From contig JAKAKT010000009.1 of NCBI GenBank assembly GCA_021813385.1, forward strand, positions 1-63,363: DNA of 63,363 bases. Reading direction: 5' to 3'. The notes beneath the pieces were generated by a model, which did not search any database, was not told the DNA's origin, and saw only the letters and a program-made list of their open reading frames with translations. This document shows, piece after piece, positions 29,601 to 35,947 of this stretch. The number at the start of each line of letters is the position of its first letter. The stretch's first letter is position 1. The translations under genes were made by a program, and so were the position numbers. The DNA is from Candidatus Micrarchaeota archaeon. Its GTDB lineage: Archaea; Micrarchaeota; Micrarchaeia; Burarchaeales; JAKAKT01.

Positions 29601-32600
29601 ATATGTTGTTCGCCGAGCGCAGATAGACTCCGCCCCCGGCTCCGCCGTTGCCTCCGTTGGCGTTGGTGTTGACCGAGGGAGTCGTCCCTCCGTTCCCCCC
29701 TGTTCCGCCAAAGACCTGGGAGATGCTCATCAGGAGCATCGAATTGTTCGCTGAGCCGCTGTCAGTTATGTAGATTGCGTAGGTTAATCCTCCGGCGCTC
29801 CCGTTCCCTCCGTATTTGAGTCCGGTCGCATTGCCGCCGTCCCCTCCGTTCCCGCCCGTCAGTCTTGTGAGCGTGTCGCTTGTGAATGTGGTGTTCAAGG
29901 AGTTGCTAATCAGATAAATCCCGTAAATACTCCCACCCACTCCGCCGTTGCAACCATTGCTGCTCGCTCCAGACCCGTTCCCGCCGGTCCCGCCTTTCCC
30001 GCCCGAAAGGTTTGAAATCGCATTGCTCGCAATCGAATTGTTTTTCGAGTTCGTGAGGCTGATTCCGTACAGCGAGTACCCGTCTCCCCCATTAGTGCAG
30101 GAAGCGCCATTGTTCCCACCGGTTCCAGCGACTCCGCTCGTGTTATAAATCGTGTTGCTGGTTATGAAACTGTTATTCGTGCCGGTGAAGAGGATGGCGG
30201 TCGTGTAGTTGCTTATGAGGCAGTTCTTTACTGTTATGTTATTCCTACCGCTCGCGAGAACCCCGTAGGCATTGGCCTGGGTGCCGGTTATCGTGTAGCC
30301 AGCGCAGTCCAAGGTGATGTTGTCCGCCCCGATTGTCATGCAGGTACTCGTAGTCGAAGCGATGCTGTTTGTGAGCGTCGTGTCTGAGTATATTGTAGCG
30401 CAACCGGAGTATAAGGAAAAGTTCAGCGTTAATGTGCCCGTGATATTGATATTTGTCGTATTGAAGAGAGACGAACTGCTCACGTTGATTGTGTGGTTGT
30501 TGAATGTGAAGTTTTGGCTCGGCCCCATATACATCTCAGTGACTGTTGCCCAGTTCGTGAGGCCATCGGAGCCGGTTAGGTTGTTCGCAATTACTTGCTT
30601 CCCATAGATATCTGAGATGTTCACGAGCGCGTTTTGGACGGGCGAGCCTGACGGGCCGGTAACGTTTACCCTCACATACCACTGGAGAGTTAGGTTGCTG
30701 GTCGCATCCAGGGTCACTTGTGATTTGTTGAAAGTCATGTTGAGGAATATGATGTTGTAGGCATTGTAAGAAACAAGGTTAAGCGCCGAGCCGTTTGTTA
30801 TCGTTGAGTTCTCGAAGCTGTTGTTGCGGATATACCCCGTGCTTCCATCGAAATACAGCGAAGCTGCCGCTGTTGTTATGGTGTTGTTCCAGAACCTGTT
30901 GTCGTATATGATCTGTTTCAGATGTATCCCATAAGCACTGCTTCCGGTTGTAGTTATGGAATTTGAATAAACCAAGCTGTTTGAAACTCCAATCCAGAGA
31001 TAAAGGCCGTCACTGCTTGAACTGTTTGTAGTGATGTTGTTGAAGGAAATCGCCGTGTTGTTGACTCCGCCGCTAGCTAAGTAAACACCAATGCTTGAAG
31101 TGCCGTTCGTGGAGATTCTGTTCGAGGTTATGTTATTGTTGGGTGAGGTCGAAGCAACATAAACGCCTTCGCTGCCTGATCCATAAGTGGTGATTGTGTT
31201 GTTTATCACGCTGTTATTGTTCGCATTGGTGAAGAAGACCCCGTGCTTGCTGCTTGTGCTTGTGTTTCCATCGATTAGGACGCAGTTTTGAACAGTCGTG
31301 CGGTTGTAGCCGGTATTGTTGACGCCGTACCTGGCATTGTTCGGGCCTGTCCCGTAGGTTATTGAAAATCCGTTGCAGTCAAGCGTGATATCATTCGCCA
31401 ATATCGTGAAGCAGGTATCGTTTGAGTTTACGTTGCTGTTCAATGTAGTGTTCGAGGTTAGGTTTCCGCAGATTGAGGGGGTTAGGGATACTTCGGCGTA
31501 TGAAGACACGTTGTAGGTCGAGTCCGAGCAGGTGAAGTTCGCGCCCCAGGTGTCATACCAGCTCAAGTTGCCCGATGAGATATTCGACGGATTCATGCTA
31601 ACATTCGAGCTGATTGTATTATTGCCCTGGAAATAGGGGGAAATTGTAAGATTATCGAACTCGTAGAAGAGCGCCTGCGCGTTGCTTGCGTCATCGAGAA
31701 GGAAGCCGATTGTGAACATGCTGTTCGCAATGTTTTGGTTCATGAACGATGCGTTCGTTGCGCTCCAGGCGTTCCAGGTGGTGGCGGGGATGTAGTTGGT
31801 CTTGTTGCTCAGGGAATTTGTCGTATTGCCGGCGCCACAGTTGGTGGTCTGGGAGAGGTTGTGGCAAGGAGTGACGTTGCCTGCCCAAATGTACGCAGTT
31901 ACATTGAGCGCCTGGGAGGTGTGATATCCTCTCCACCACCAGGAAATGTTGTAGGTCCCGGAGGAAAGCGGGAGTTTGAATGCCCGGTAAGCCCACAAGC
32001 TCCCTTGCCCGGTGTTGTCAGTGCGGGCGTGGAAATCCGGGGAAGGAACCCCGTCGCTTGAGTTCTGAGAGACAATCCATCCGCTTCCTGGGTCCGATGC
32101 GGTATACCTGTCCTCGGAGATCCCATACCAGCCATTCGTGCAGTTCGTGCAGAACGAGTTGCTCGGCGAGCAGGATGACCAGGAAGCGCATGTCCAGTTG
32201 CCATCAAACAGGTTTCGGAGGTTCCATAGGTAAGAAAGGTTCAGCGTCGGATTGTCCGGGTCGTTGCAGGTTACGTTCAGTTTGAGGGTGTCTGAAGTTA
32301 TTGGGGAAGTTGGGGTGATTCGCGTCTCTACGACTGTCGGAGTGAGGTTGAGGTTGTGGGTGATTTCCAGGTACGGGCCGTTCGCCAATCCGCACACATC
32401 GAAACCGCGTTCGTAGTCAGGGTCAAGGATGGATCCAATATCGAGGGAATTTTTATAAGCGGCACCGACTACTGGGTAGTAGTCTGGATGGTTTATCCTG
32501 ATTGTGAGGTTCTTCTCGCCTGCCCCGTATGCCGCCTTGGTGATGTTCGTGACGTTGATGCACATGTAGCCGCCTGGCGCGTCATAAAAACTGTAGGCAG

Positions 32601-34374
32601 TCGTAACGTTGTCATAAACCATTGCTTGATATTGTGAACCGGTTAATGACCAGGTAGTGGTCCAGCTTTGGTTCGTTATATGGGAGACGTTCGCCCTGTA
32701 GTCGAGAAGAGCAGGAAAGGTGTTGGGGTGAAGGCACAACGTGGAGTTCTGTATCGTTTCCCCGCTTGCAAGATTCGAAATGTCCCACTTGATTTGGATT
32801 TCTATAGGCCAGGACCCAGCATTTTGATAACCATACAGGTGAATTAGGCAGTAAGTATCCGTGAACTGCGTCGTCGGGTCTATTTCAATCGGGTAAACCG
32901 AGCGCATCAGCCATGAGAGCGGGACTGAAGTTGCGTAAAACGTCCTGCCGTTCCCCTGGAAAATCCCTGCCGGCATTGCCTTCGTGTCCGGGTATGGGAT
33001 TTCCCTCCCGTCAATAAGGGCTTTCGAGGAGTCCAAAGCGAGCGAAGGGAGGAAGGAATAGGCTTTCGAGCCGGACGAATCGAGGAAATCTATTTTTGAA
33101 AGAGTTTCCTCCCCGTTGGGAAGAGCAACCCCGTTTGCTGTGGGCGTTAAGCCATCGATGTCGACTTCAGACAAGAAATATATCGGGGTATCCTGGGGCA
33201 GGCCCAAGCCGGCAACAAGGGACCTGAACTCATCAGTTAATGTTATCGTTTCCTTGAACCTTCCGCTCTCGTAATCATATCTTATGTCGGTCCCTGTGAA
33301 TACTGTCGGGTATGTGACTGAGTTCTCATTCGGGATTCCAATTGAGGATGAAGAAATCTGTATATACGAGAGCCCGCCCCAGGAAGGGTCCTTGTATGCT
33401 ATTGCGAAAGGCTTCATCCCGAGCTTCTTGCCTCCCTTCTCTGCGAGCACAGGCCAAGCTGAACTGGCATCAGGTTTGAAATACGCTTTATAGGCTCCTT
33501 TCTCAACACCAGTCCGGTAGTCGCTGGAATAAAGCGGGTTGTCTTCGGGAAGTTCCACAATCGAGAGGTTGATTGGCGAGTATTCGGACCCGTTCCAATA
33601 GTCGGAAGAGGTCCCGTAGAAAGTATCTGTGTCGCTGTTGCCTTCGATTAATCTCCCATGGGCTTCTCCTACCGGAGTCACCTCTTTCTTCGCCCTTGCC
33701 GCATTTACTGTTTCTTTGGCAGGGCAAATGCTTGCATAGCGGCCCTTTACGCTCGTAACACCAAAAGGCGAGTAGAATGATGCATTCCAGGTCCCATTTG
33801 TGCAGGGAGTGACGTTATAGCGGAGGAGGAACGCCCTCTTTGCGCCCTCCTTGAAGGAGAAATGGGATTCGTCGACAGGAATCCATCTGTAGTAATCAAC
33901 TTCCTCTTCTGAGCCGTCCGCCTTCTTCTTCGCCTCATGACCGAAAAACGTCGATTGCCAGAGGGTTGCTTCCCGCGGGGCTTCAGAAAAACCAAGGGTA
34001 AAGTAAACCTTGAAGTCATTTATCTCGCCCGCAAGGTTCTCGAGGTTGAACTGGGATTCGCACTTCCCATCCTTGGAGCACAGGGCCAGTTTTTCATTGG
34101 AGGCAAAGAAACCGCTCTCCTTCTGCAGTTTCTTTGCTTCTGAGGTGTGGCTCGGGCTTATTTCCGGTCTCGCCTTCGGAAGCTCGGAGTATTTCGAGAT
34201 GTCGAGCTTGTGCCCTATGACCTGCGCATCTTTCAGGCTCGCCTTGAATTCAGCTGGAGCCCCCGCGTCAACCCCCACTTGGGCGGGGAGAGCGAGGAGT
34301 AATAGTAGGGAAAACGCTAAGCCTAACGGGAGAATTGCTATTATCCCACGTGAAACTGAATGCTTTTTTTGCAT
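17611..34374 (-). CDS. Giant (5,587 aa) modular, membrane-anchored surface protein, putative glycosylated adhesin
   Basis: Uninterrupted 16,764-nt ORF with an N-terminal signal-like hydrophobic segment. Six parallel-beta-helix-like modules are followed by about nine tandem Ig-like units, PKD/cadherin-like units, a Cys-rich region and about four further Ig-like domains. One C-terminal TM (about 17806-17860) precedes a K/E/R-rich tail. N-x-S/T sequons occur throughout. Confidence 0.9.
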   Translation of the reverse strand: MQKKHSVSRGIIAILPLGLAFSLLLLLALPAQVGVDAGAPAEFKASLKDAQVIGHKLDISKYSELPKARPEISPSHTSEAKKLQKESGFFASNEKLALCSKDGKCESQFNLENLAGEINDFKVYFTLGFSEAPREATLWQSTFFGHEAKKKADGSEEEVDYYRWIPVDESHFSFKEGAKRAFLLRYNVTPCTNGTWNASFYSPFGVTSVKGRYASICPAKETVNAARAKKEVTPVGEAHGRLIEGNSDTDTFYGTSSDYWNGSEYSPINLSIVELPEDNPLYSSDYRTGVEKGAYKAYFKPDASSAWPVLAEKGGKKLGMKPFAIAYKDPSWGGLSYIQISSSSIGIPNENSVTYPTVFTGTDIRYDYESGRFKETITLTDEFRSLVAGLGLPQDTPIYFLSEVDIDGLTPTANGVALPNGEETLSKIDFLDSSGSKAYSFLPSLALDSSKALIDGREIPYPDTKAMPAGIFQGNGRTFYATSVPLSWLMRSVYPIEIDPTTQFTDTYCLIHLYGYQNAGSWPIEIQIKWDISNLASGETIQNSTLCLHPNTFPALLDYRANVSHITNQSWTTTWSLTGSQYQAMVYDNVTTAYSFYDAPGGYMCINVTNITKAAYGAGEKNLTIRINHPDYYPVVGAAYKNSLDIGSILDPDYERGFDVCGLANGPYLEITHNLNLTPTVVETRITPTSPITSDTLKLNVTCNDPDNPTLNLSYLWNLRNLFDGNWTCASWSSCSPSNSFCTNCTNGWYGISEDRYTASDPGSGWIVSQNSSDGVPSPDFHARTDNTGQGSLWAYRAFKLPLSSGTYNISWWWRGYHTSQALNVTAYIWAGNVTPCHNLSQTTNCGAGNTTNSLSNKTNYIPATTWNAWSATNASFMNQNIANSMFTIGFLLDDASNAQALFYEFDNLTISPYFQGNNTISSNVSMNPSNISSGNLSWYDTWGANFTCSDSTYNVSSYAEVSLTPSICGNLTSNTTLNSNVNSNDTCFTILANDITLDCNGFSITYGTGPNNARYGVNNTGYNRTTVQNCVLIDGNTSTSSKHGVFFTNANNNSVINNTITTYGSGSEGVYVASTSPNNNITSNRISTNGTSSIGVYLASGGVNNTAISFNNITTNSSSSDGLYLWIGVSNSLVYSNSITTTGSSAYGIHLKQIIYDNRFWNNTITTAAASLYFDGSTGYIRNNSFENSTITNGSALNLVSYNAYNIIFLNMTFNKSQVTLDATSNLTLQWYVRVNVTGPSGSPVQNALVNISDIYGKQVIANNLTGSDGLTNWATVTEMYMGPSQNFTFNNHTINVSSSSLFNTTNINITGTLTLNFSLYSGCATIYSDTTLTNSIASTTSTCMTIGADNITLDCAGYTITGTQANAYGVLASGRNNITVKNCLISNYTTAILFTGTNNSFITSNTIYNTSGVAGTGGNNGASCTNGGDGYSLYGISLTNSKNNSIASNAISNLSGGKGGTGGNGSGASSNGCNGGVGGSIYGIYLISNSLNTTFTSDTLTRLTGGNGGDGGNATGLKYGGNGSAGGLTYAIYITDSGSANNSMLLMSISQVFGGTGGNGGTTPSVNTNANGGNGGAGGGVYLRSANNIFTGSINNVTGGSGGTAGDCGDIGSGTGGAGGDSFGFNVSATNANATIENATLSYFTAGNGGDPTACSSTAGIGGTSYVVTAAGRYGVIKTSTLTNSTRGNPGSTGLAYGNGYGVYLTGASTTDYNMSNSTISQTSTSDIYLDGSSQNNTILNSTFNTSKVGFGTCSPCNLTVQWYLRVYATNVSPIQGAIVNISDAYGKQLMIDNLTGSNGYTNWAIANEMIMNKSGSVLQNFSFNNHMINVSFSQFQTKTNNVTSTKTITFTQYDCGVLTQSLYTGVDIYYNDTCFTFGADNITLDCGSKGIVGNHTLGTYAIYAPGRTNITIKDCYPINYSAGIMLSGTNRSSIRGFGCPWRNFYGAYLSDSHNNTLNTSGCQVYLNQIGAYLNSSSGNNFSDLTFFYNNYDVILESSNSNQFINEFFDYQNYSIYLNASSSNVIENSSFASTYVREITSNQTSLNNIIRGPPQYGYSGPSTFAWGSGTNNLTLQHYLRVNATYYLGGPVSGALVNITDAYGKQIMVQSVTNSSGLTNFTLINITYMNSTNNFTFNNYTINVSKAGAFNSSSLNVTSSQTYNASLYLSECLQVSVNTTLLSNLASNGTCVTFSADNVALDCAGHRITGNDSADAGYGIYAEGRKNITIKNCIVSDYQRSVYFNSTNSSLLSNNTLNSSGSGLTIESSSLNNVFNNSFIGNVDNLEFASSSNWNTINTSSFASATSYDAVNTDVSTDDIIFNCTSFNRNNILLLSGNLSFAWPVRINFTDKFGDQLGAGGSFQINETNGRTIYSGSSTPNPTAYYSITEETQNSVQSFNYNNHTFYASWADGSSNLTVYNITGMTQVNLTIPTTDCKSVYHNTTLSSDVTAQTGSTCFTMAADNIFLDCSGHTITGTTSLNAYAVYMSGRSNITIKNCIITQFINSIWAQNSQNLSFLNNTIHDCGYGSSSIYSNAIGINLISCSLVNITNHTDWNIVTSVPTGQFADKGGFAYGIYANTVDSLLISNYSGRNHSGTLVTTIVNPAGNDHESRHYTLSEAIGESIGAISSNALEQDIRHYGAYLDETSVFLGSGRRAYLQGGDTYVYRGYGLYFTYVSNSSVSKVSLKNMSNGYGIHTVYPCAANLSFQNIDVNVSNIGFRINCPVNITGLSVDDYNGTGIYLESLSSGTNVTNFNITRGNGTTSALYALQSDLDPPPENNTFQNGKIQNATYGLRFSSTNWNLLQNISINSTSYGIYSLNSRSNRLYNITSDRAIYGIYMQNSNNTNFTDSIIHHSSVTTDVIRSMTNSVNNIFLNTTANYSNVSWAGTDDFLVQWFMRVNVTSSSGTALQNALVNISDINGMPAMVVNLTNSNGLTGFVVVNDTNYSSSGNFALNNQTINATLTGYLINTTSANITSTSTTNLTLYQMPGTICSQVSANTTLVSDVTSSGTCFNITAHNVFLDCNGHIVTYDTGSVNGRYGVNNTGYDNVTIKNCIFSEGNVSTSSSYAIAIQTGADNNTVENNTIYTYGSSSYGIYASIGGFHNIYSNKVVTNGTTASAIYLTRTNSSSVYSNNLTANSSGGGIFAVTVIYNNSLYSNNINASGGGTGITFSTTGSNNSAYLNTILSSSGYGAYVYRNMYNTSVYSNTITTTGGSAFGMYLARSVTDTALTNNTITTAATSVYLDANFGAVTRAIFANSTITNGSATNFYAVGPDFGLPSVYDNIFLNMTFNISNVVIGTTDINNLTIQWYARVNVTNSAGSPLQNAIVNISDILGFSNMTDNLTNPGGLTNYVIVTEMVMNGSTNVSYTNHTINASLANYAINSTSMNITSSSTVNLTLYAGDNLPPSVTITAPSANQNVSGPTLINATVTDANPDASKVYYWLSNTTGNVTPWIQMSNTTATSFNATFITTALSDGYYNVTINATDLYSNTNATEYVTIRIDNTAPVVTFVPLTPANNTNLSQSWVYVNVTTNEETVSAIVDWNGTYYAMTQGSSTNWYRNMTGLSNGSYAYRVYVNDSVNNTGSTGTMNVTIDTSAPAITFVTPTPPNDSNLSQNWAYINITSNEPIISAVINWNGTFYSLTQSSSTNWFRNMTVLGNGTYTYNVSANDTINNTGISETRNLTIDTVSPVITFVTPTPPNNSNLSQNWAYVNITTSEYAVSVLINWNGTWYQFSQLNPTSWYRNMTSLSEGTYDYYVQANDSANNTGTSSTQNLTIDTTQPALTLVSPTHNNESVNYAWSYVNLSSNENLANATLNWNGTDYPMGGSGINWYLNRTGLGDGNYSFFANASDFASNTNTTETRWVLIDTIGPIITFVSMTPGPDSTTSRDWVFVNVTTNERVDNASVYWNGTSYYLLNSSPTNWYFNITGLANGTYVYNVSANDTLGNNGTSLTQNVTVDTSAPMLTFVFPTNNDEFINYNWSYVNMTSDKALDNATLNWNGTDYSMQNTSSIEWYLNMSNLADGNYSFQARGNDSLNNLGYSETRWVLVDTVNPIPTFVYPTPSDNANLSTNWAYINVSANERIISALLDWNGTFYSMSQLNSTVWYRNMTSLGDGICSYTAHVNDSANNSGNIGPRTVRIDTITPTVSFVPPTPSNNSNQVSNSVFLNVSISEAAISCLVQNSSGFYAMSQLNSTVWYATMAPLSYSTNHSFTVYCNDTVNNTGSSGPLWVTVDIAPSVSNTQICANDTCSPVPISRGSSLNCSANVTDDFNSSIDVYFKWFVNGSYSSGYDSIRYAVPNATFAYAASPIPAAAVNKSDTWGCEARPYDGLQFGSALNSSTVTVNNTAPSIGAPSINNTSPINTSTISCDNGTFSDADGDQPGMGYWRWFWNGSVLGGQTSQSLSLLAIGAQATDQIICEHMSEDSGYDPKNSTRQNSTTVTLTTSSAPIPNNATLCKGTACLPIGSAIYLNDSLNCSANITDAENSTILQVNFTFYRNSTAYSVVSLDNVPNASISYPNSFPPGALRKSDTWICEVSAYDGEYSSNRINGSVAATVNNTAPWVTAPSINDTSPYTDSVLLCNNGSFSDADNDSEGSRVWGWFLNGTVIPGQISQTLDLSQAGAGNRGDTINCSQDSSDTGWDSKYSLENISTSVTIINTPPSTAVSISPSPAAQGSDVTCSALATDADGDSINFTYIWWNGVTQVATTFTNSTTFLLAGANTTNGETWTCQVTPFDGFANGTATNASVNIQAAPAGCPPNCPHPTPSLSASISGNCVNQTSTITISSDSGPVPGVSIKILRQGVLWQIVETGFTDAAGRYVFTPNETGQYEVQASLFGYNPTTARFTIGYCGTCGICDGTCPGPSCYGSDPDCDPLGLAIGGNACPGGGLCCGGSCKSVCTSQKDCSDGDTCTIDSCSGSNCSAICAHAPITSCLSKDGCCPAGCTSLNDSDCSPTCSPTCKGDVPGKSCQQYACVLGDCIESLKPDCCGNSICEPSAGESNTNCPTDCLLSCGNGFCDAQENKCNCPSDCGSCSGKCAGDCTQFKCTPDGCSCTTIPNCCGNGACEKPENFFTCSTDCPPEFLSLRIYSPSFGQDFLRGDRMHLAVKVFAEFVPAANAIVSASGFFGKVILYDDGMHGDGAPGDGLYGAYVDISSWVPYGPQAISFDARVGDSNGKRSSVILITNNLALNMVLDTPTLELGDTVFISGNVSGGSDDTEHEVLLDLSAYDSDISKQSKRTKGDFDFAYRTSFLDSAGNWIATITVIDDDNNTRMVSKLIAVEEPVPEKFLSVEYLSPVPGAYLKGQDVPITIKVTDAGNPITGAQAKAYGPKHKAFPLEEVGDGVYSSTYKISLDDPSGIWELQSRVYKTENGVLHGGAASTVVAITDVPIKLVITEPAKQDYSIGETLPINVLASYSEEKPADNIVLLVRLKDRSITARQVERGVYGSSLELDPGLQGANTMIIFARDPYENYGIAQVPLKVQGYSPWYYIKLYWIPIIAILLVALSVSAYYLQLVRKREKLRKLLEQKQEIVEKQRRVQSDYFVERSMDRGSFDQLSQKYDEELRKVEREMERLK
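21655..24150 (-). repeat. Tandem array of about nine ~92-95-aa Ig-like units inside the giant ORF
   Basis: Recurrent unit boundary (I/V)D(T/N)xxPxx(T/S)FVxPTPxNxSNLSQxW.Y(V/I)N(V/I)T...WNGT.Y...W(Y/F)(R/L)NM(T/S).L..G.Y.Y. Boundaries seen near 23850, 23570, 23290, 23010, 22740, 22460, 22190 and 21910. Coordinates are approximate. Confidence 0.7.
24150..31490 (-). repeat. Six large beta-helix modules (about 260-560 aa each) inside the giant ORF
   Basis: Each module opens with C-x-T-x-x-A-D/H-N-(I/V)-x-L-D-C-x-G-x-x-I-T and N-(I/V)-T-(I/V)-K-N-C. Each closes with NLT(L/V/I)QW(Y/F).RVN(V/A)T...(A)(L/I)VNI(S/T)D..G. Module starts lie near 31480, 30395, 28800, 27850, 27060 and 25385 (approximate). 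Confidence 0.65.
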
Positions 34375-34403
34375 TATCGACGGTGAACATATGGGCTCGA
34401 TGC

Positions 34404-34412
34404 TAATAAATA
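34404..34412 (-). promoter_or_regulatory. TATA-like box upstream of the giant ORF
   Basis: Minus-sense TATTTATTA is centred about 34 nt upstream of the ATG at 34374, implying a near-leaderless transcript. Confidence 0.3.
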
Positions 34413-34540
34413 GGTTTTGTTTTTTTCGAATGCGTAGGAAAAGAGAACAGTACTCGAGGTGGAGCCAAAGGACGCCAAAAAACCTTGGAGGAACGAAAGA
34501 ATAAATAGTGGTTCGTGCAATTCTTCCTTAAGGTGATCGG

Positions 34541-35947
34541 ATGAGGCTGCTTCCAGTTGCTCTTAGCTTATTGTCCATTATCTTGATTTCCTCCTTTGCA
34601 TGGGGGCTTGCTTGCGAGAAATCAGTTGAAAAATATCTCGACTCTGGCGAGAGCTATTCTTACCTGAATGTGACAGCTGGCTCCGGCCAGAGCTACTTGC
34701 TCTTTTCGATAAATGGCGGATACTCGATGCTCGCCGAGTGCGGGTCTGAGCCGAAGTTCCTTGAGAGCTATGACGAGATTGAGGCTGTTTTGGGCTCTTA
34801 TGCTAAAACATACCAGAAACCAGCGGACATTGTCCCTGGCGAGGAATGGCAGAAGAGGATGGGCGGTTTGCTGGACAAGTTCTCAGCAAGCAGGGCCAAG
34901 GAGGCAGAGTGCAAGAGATACGTTGGGATTGACATGTTCCCCTGCAACGACAGGCAAAGCTGCATAAAATCCTGCTATACCCCGATGTGCAATGAGCTCA
35001 AGCAGTCGAACGAGTGCGACAAGGACCCAAAAGCCTGTGGATTCATAGATAGCATCGTCTCCTTTGCAAATAACCTGACAATTCTTGACAAGGGTACAGC
35101 CCAGCTACGCTCGCTCGTCTCGGGGATAGCGAAAATCGGGGGGACGGAGCCCCTTGACGCTGGAATCGAGGCTTGCGAAAATATGCTCGAGAGCGCGGAC
35201 CTGATAAACGGGAACGCCCTGATGCAAGAGAACGGGTATTATTTCTGCCCGAGAGTGGCGTATGACGGGGCATCGGTTCAGGCAATCAAGGACGAGCTAG
35301 TGGTCCTCAGGAACAAGTTCGCCCTCATGATAACGCCTGGGACGACCGCAAAGAACGTTGCCTCAGAAACGCAGAGGAGGCTCGAACTGATTGATAATCT
35401 TGACAGGTGCGCTTCGAACATTGAATATGCGAAAAAAGCGTTGGGGGAAATGTCGGGTTCGAAGCATCCTGCTGTGAATTATTCTGAAGTGACAGCACCA
35501 GTCGGGATGATGAACAATATTGCCGGTGAGCTTCAAAGCCTATGCGCTTCAAGGAAATTCCCTGAGGCTGGGGGCGCGATGAACAGGTTCCTCGAGGAAG
35601 AGGGAAGGGCGAAATCGGCGCTTGCAAATGTTTCTGCTGAATACGACGCCACAAAGGAACTGTACCAGACGGTCCTTGGTGAAATCAGCACGCTCCCCCC
35701 GGATGTGAACATAAGCAAATTTACGGAGAGCATGAAGATGGTTGATAGGGAAATCGCACTTGTGAAAAACGCCTCTGACCTCGGGGTGCTCAAGGGCGTC
35801 ATCCTTCAGAACCAAAAAGAGGCGGAGGAGCTTGCGAAACCAAAGCAAAACCCGCTGGACCAAGTCTGGGTCCCACTCGGGATAGCCATAGCAGTTACGC
35901 TCCTCTTGTATGTCCTGATGAGGAAGACGAAGCGAAGAGGACTCTGA
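34541..35947 (+). CDS. Hypothetical secreted/lipobox-like protein with C-terminal TM anchor
   Basis: 468 aa. Signal peptide ends in WGLAC. Contains a Cys-rich patch (CKRY..CNDRQSCIKSCYTPMCNELKQSNECDKDPKAC) and a long helical region. C-terminal TM (VWVPLGIAIAVTLLLYVLM) is followed by a basic tail. Divergent from the giant ORF. Confidence 0.6.
   Translation: MRLLPVALSLLSIILISSFAWGLACEKSVEKYLDSGESYSYLNVTAGSGQSYLLFSINGGYSMLAECGSEPKFLESYDEIEAVLGSYAKTYQKPADIVPGEEWQKRMGGLLDKFSASRAKEAECKRYVGIDMFPCNDRQSCIKSCYTPMCNELKQSNECDKDPKACGFIDSIVSFANNLTILDKGTAQLRSLVSGIAKIGGTEPLDAGIEACENMLESADLINGNALMQENGYYFCPRVAYDGASVQAIKDELVVLRNKFALMITPGTTAKNVASETQRRLELIDNLDRCASNIEYAKKALGEMSGSKHPAVNYSEVTAPVGMMNNIAGELQSLCASRKFPEAGGAMNRFLEEEGRAKSALANVSAEYDATKELYQTVLGEISTLPPDVNISKFTESMKMVDREIALVKNASDLGVLKGVILQNQKEAEELAKPKQNPLDQVWVPLGIAIAVTLLLYVLMRKTKRRGL

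Noticed and set aside
21655-31490. Periodic repeats that could be mistaken for a CRISPR array or satellite.
   Set aside because: The periods are 280-1700 nt, the units are divergent, and all are in one open reading frame. No short repeat/spacer alternation occurs anywhere in the window.
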